Shown in pieces: positions 61,201 to 64,000 of a stretch of DNA of 64,000 nt. The position numbers and the translations under genes were made by a program. The stretch comes from Amoebophrya sp. A120 (Eukaryota > Protista > Dinoflagellata). Within the stretch, counting starts at the first letter, position 1, and the number at the start of each line of letters is the position of its first letter. The notes below the pieces were generated by a model, which was not told where the DNA came from, searched no databases, and was given only the letters and a program-made list of their open reading frames with translations. The stretch covers positions 5,558,828 to 5,622,827 of the forward strand of contig CAJINV010000004.1 of assembly GCA_905178155.1 (NCBI GenBank), given 5' to 3'.

Positions 61201-63802
61201 TTCTTCTCTCCAGAGTCCCCTTTGTCGTTAAGACTTGTGGTCTCTCCGTCCTGCTCCTCGTAGCCGAACAGGAACCCGCTACTTCTCGTGCTTGTTCGAG
61301 TTGCATTCATCTTCTGAGCAATTTTCTTTTCCCGTCGCTCTCCCCGCCGCGCGGCCCTTTCCTTCAAGCGCTGCTGCTTCAGGGCGCGGCTGCGCGCGCG
61401 GCAGTAGAAGTAGCCGAGCACGAGGAAAGCAATTACGAGGAAAACCGTCACCGAGAGGATCACCCAGAGGCGCGGAAGGAAGACCGCCGTGGCGTCGGCC
61501 TGCTCTCTTCGGCCTTTCAAAACCGGGTCGCGCAGCCACCGAGAGTTCGCATCCCTGCATTATCAAATGCAAAAATGTCTGGGTCTGGAAGGATGCAAGG
61601 TCTGTCATGCACATTTGGCATGACTCTTGAATCTGTCATGCACATTACCCAAGACACCCATTTTTCTGTCATGCAGAAACGCAGTTTGTCATGCAGAATA
61701 GGCAATGCCTAGATGGTGCTTAGAAACTTGTCATACTGAGCCAGCACTCGTGGCCTCCTCATTATACGCCACCCATCATCACAAGTTTCCAGACCCAGAC
61801 ATGTTTGCAGTTGATACGCATATGTTGTAAAACCGCTCTATCTTGTCGTTCAAAACGCCGTCGTATTCGGTGCAAAAGTATCGTACTCGTATTGCAATCA
61901 TGCATGCAGTGTCCTAGGGTGGCTCATGGACTAGAGTGGTACAAAGTATGGTTGTAAAAATTTGCAAATTGCTGTCCTAGCATGTGCAACATGAAAAACA
62001 CGCACTTCGCACGGGAATTTCAATATGTTTTACAAGACTGCAAAAGAAAAGACCGAGCATGACGGATTATGCAGGTGCTTCAAACTCTTTTGCAGGACCC
62101 ACCCTAGGCATTTATACATAAGTACACCCTAGGCCCGCAAGCGGATGAGGGAAAAACCGAAGCAAAAAGCACTCGCGAAAGAGAACAGGAGTCGCTCTTT
62201 CTAGTGCGTGGCGCTGGTAGTTGCGCGAGTGTGGTGACTGCCACAAAACTGCAGCGCTTTTTGTGTTTTGCAGTGCGCATTTGTATACGTTATGGCCGTG
62301 AAACAGAGTCGCTGTTTTGTCAAAGAGCAAGAGCAAGCGCTATGGGACCGAATGAAAAAAAAAGCAAAGGCAAAAAACTTCTGCTTGGCTATCAGGATGC
62401 GCAGCATTGTCCCGCATGAGCAAGCAACGAACGAGGGGGCCGGCGCGCTTCTCTGCCAATGGACCGGCGCGCGCGAAAAAGAAACAAACGCGACAACAGA
62501 GCTGCGCGGCAAGCTTGCGAAAAAAAGACGCGCGCTTGCTTTCAGACACAGGCGGAATGCCACACAGCTCAGGCGAGAAGCCGAATCTAATCACACTGAG
62601 ACGCCCGGCGTGGGGAAAAGAACAAAGTGCGTGCCGACGTGCTGGCGCACAAGCAAGCACAACATTGCGCGGGGCACCAAAGTGGGGAGCCCCCTTTGGG
62701 CGCAGGGGAAACAAACAGCGGGCACCCCCACAGGCCTAAAAGCGTGCGAAGGGAGGCGCCCGCCCCCGGCGCGGGCCCATGCCCTTACACAACCACACAC
62801 AGCCACCAAGGTAGGCGGCGCCCGCATGTGCTGGTGGGTGCTGTTACGGGGGGGGGGGGGGGGCGGAGGGTAGCCACATCAGGGGGCGCCGCCCGCGCAG
62901 CACAGCCACCACAATCAGCCAAGCAACGCCGCGCGCCCTGCGCCGGACGGTGCGTGGGGCCTTAGGGGGGTGCCCACTCGCAGCAGCCGCGGCGGGCTGC
63001 GGGACGAGTTCGGCGGCGCCGTCGCGGGCGGTGGTCCCAGTCGGAGGCGCGGGCGCCTCCTGGTCGGTGCGGGGGCCTGGCGGCCAAACACAGGCAACAC
63101 GCACACACTCACAGGCAAGAAAAGGGGCGCGGGCCCGTTCGGGTCTTGCTTGGGCGTTCCCAATGGCCCGCGCCAAGAACATGCCGCACGCCATTCCTTG
63201 GCTTGGTTGCCGCTCCGCTGTGCGGCGTCCCTTGGTTTGATTGCGCGGTCCGGCCCCTGAACGTCAACCAGGCAAAGCAACGCCGAAGGCCGGCGCATCT
63301 GCCGAAAGGCCCCCAAGAACGAAGAAGGCACACCAAAAGCCGACAGGGCAGAAGCAAAAACTAGCGCTCTCCGCCCTAGGCTAGGCGGCCTACGGTCACT
63401 GTCCTAGCCTAGGCGAGTCCGCCGCAGCGTTTTGGCCTAGCATGTCAAAAATTAGCTTCGCAAACTCGCGCAAGGCCCGGACTAGGGTAGTGCATGAGGA
63501 AAACATGAGGAAAAACAAAGCAAAACGATTTGCCCCACGCTAGGCCGCGCCAAACGTCCAGGGCACTGCGACCCATCCTAGCCCGGTGCATTGGACTAGC
63601 CTCGGTCTAGAACGCCGTCATGCTAGGATTCCGCATGCATTACAAATCTTTTTTTTTAGGGTAAATCCGCATTACAAATTTTATTTTTCATGCTGAGGAA
63701 ATTTGTAAGTAATGCATTTATACGAGTACGATAATTTTGCAGTGCATATGTCGCCCCCCTCCTTCAACTCCGTTTGGCAGGTCCCGCCCAGGAGGTTCTC
63801 GG
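58218..63802 (-). CDS. Hypothetical single-pass membrane protein with long low-complexity tail; 5' end beyond the window
   Basis: Joins KEGGD|xVLNDKIERFYNIC|xDANSRW, TM segment LWVILSVTVFLVIAFLVLGYFYC, phase-0 GT-AG intron 60216-60434, and TGPYS|LSFPNF. Confidence 0.7.
59236..59488. mobile_element. Introner family A
   Basis: TIRs; repeat aagag/aagag. Confidence 0.9.
61561..61816. mobile_element. Introner family A
   Basis: TIRs; repeat tgcat/cgcat. Confidence 0.9.
61864..63748. mobile_element. Family D introner with a nested ~1.73-kb GC-rich insertion (61909-63639)
   Basis: Family D ends; repeat cgtcg/tgtcg; gcatgca duplicated around the insert; remainder is 154 bp, the normal D length. Confidence 0.82.
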
Positions 63803-64000
63803 TATGGATTGCAGAAATGTCTGGGTCTGGAAGATTTTTACATTTTTGTCATGCATGTCTGACATGACTCGAGAATCTGTGATGCATAGGGGCATCGGAA
63901 AAGGCTCTCTCTCCAATCTGTCATGCAAAAACGTTGTTTCTCATGCGGAATTATATATACGCAACACATAGCAGCTCAAAAATTTGTCATACCTGGCTGC
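63803..64000. mobile_element. Introner family A, truncated by window edge
   Basis: tatggattgcagaaatgtctgggtctggaa. Confidence 0.85.

Noticed and set aside
1-64000. Many short ORFs with recurring peptides ([42 protein letters not shown])
   Set aside because: These are six-frame translations of the family A TIR, not a protein family.
1-64000. Dinoflagellate spliced-leader relics, rRNA or tRNA genes
   Set aside because: No TTTGGCTCAAG-type motif or recognisable structural RNA seen by eye; a covariance-model scan was not possible.

Overview
Eukaryotic genomic DNA, most likely from the parasitic dinoflagellate Amoebophrya (Syndiniales). This assignment is inferred from gene architecture, not from a database search. 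All recognisable genes lie on the minus strand. Their coding sequences are broken by about 50 non-autonomous, MITE-like introner elements of 150-325 bp. The elements fall into about 9 terminal-inverted-repeat (TIR) families, labelled A-I here. Intact copies begin TAT, end ATA (one GTA), are flanked by a 5-bp direct repeat, and carry several copies of a shared internal TGTnATGC-type motif. Removing an element plus one 5-bp repeat restores the reading frame wherever I checked it by hand. This rebuilds an ADP-ribosylarginine hydrolase, a PGAM5-like phosphatase and several large hypothetical genes. Other notable items: a probable ~2257-aa protein with an N-terminal bacterial-type HicA ribonuclease domain; kilobase insertions flanked by 54-69 bp duplications of host exon; nested insertions inside introners; and a tandem 1343-bp unit carrying a perfect 58-bp palindrome. 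Most short ORFs in the supplied track are translations of introner DNA. Coordinates were counted by hand and may be off by a few bases.
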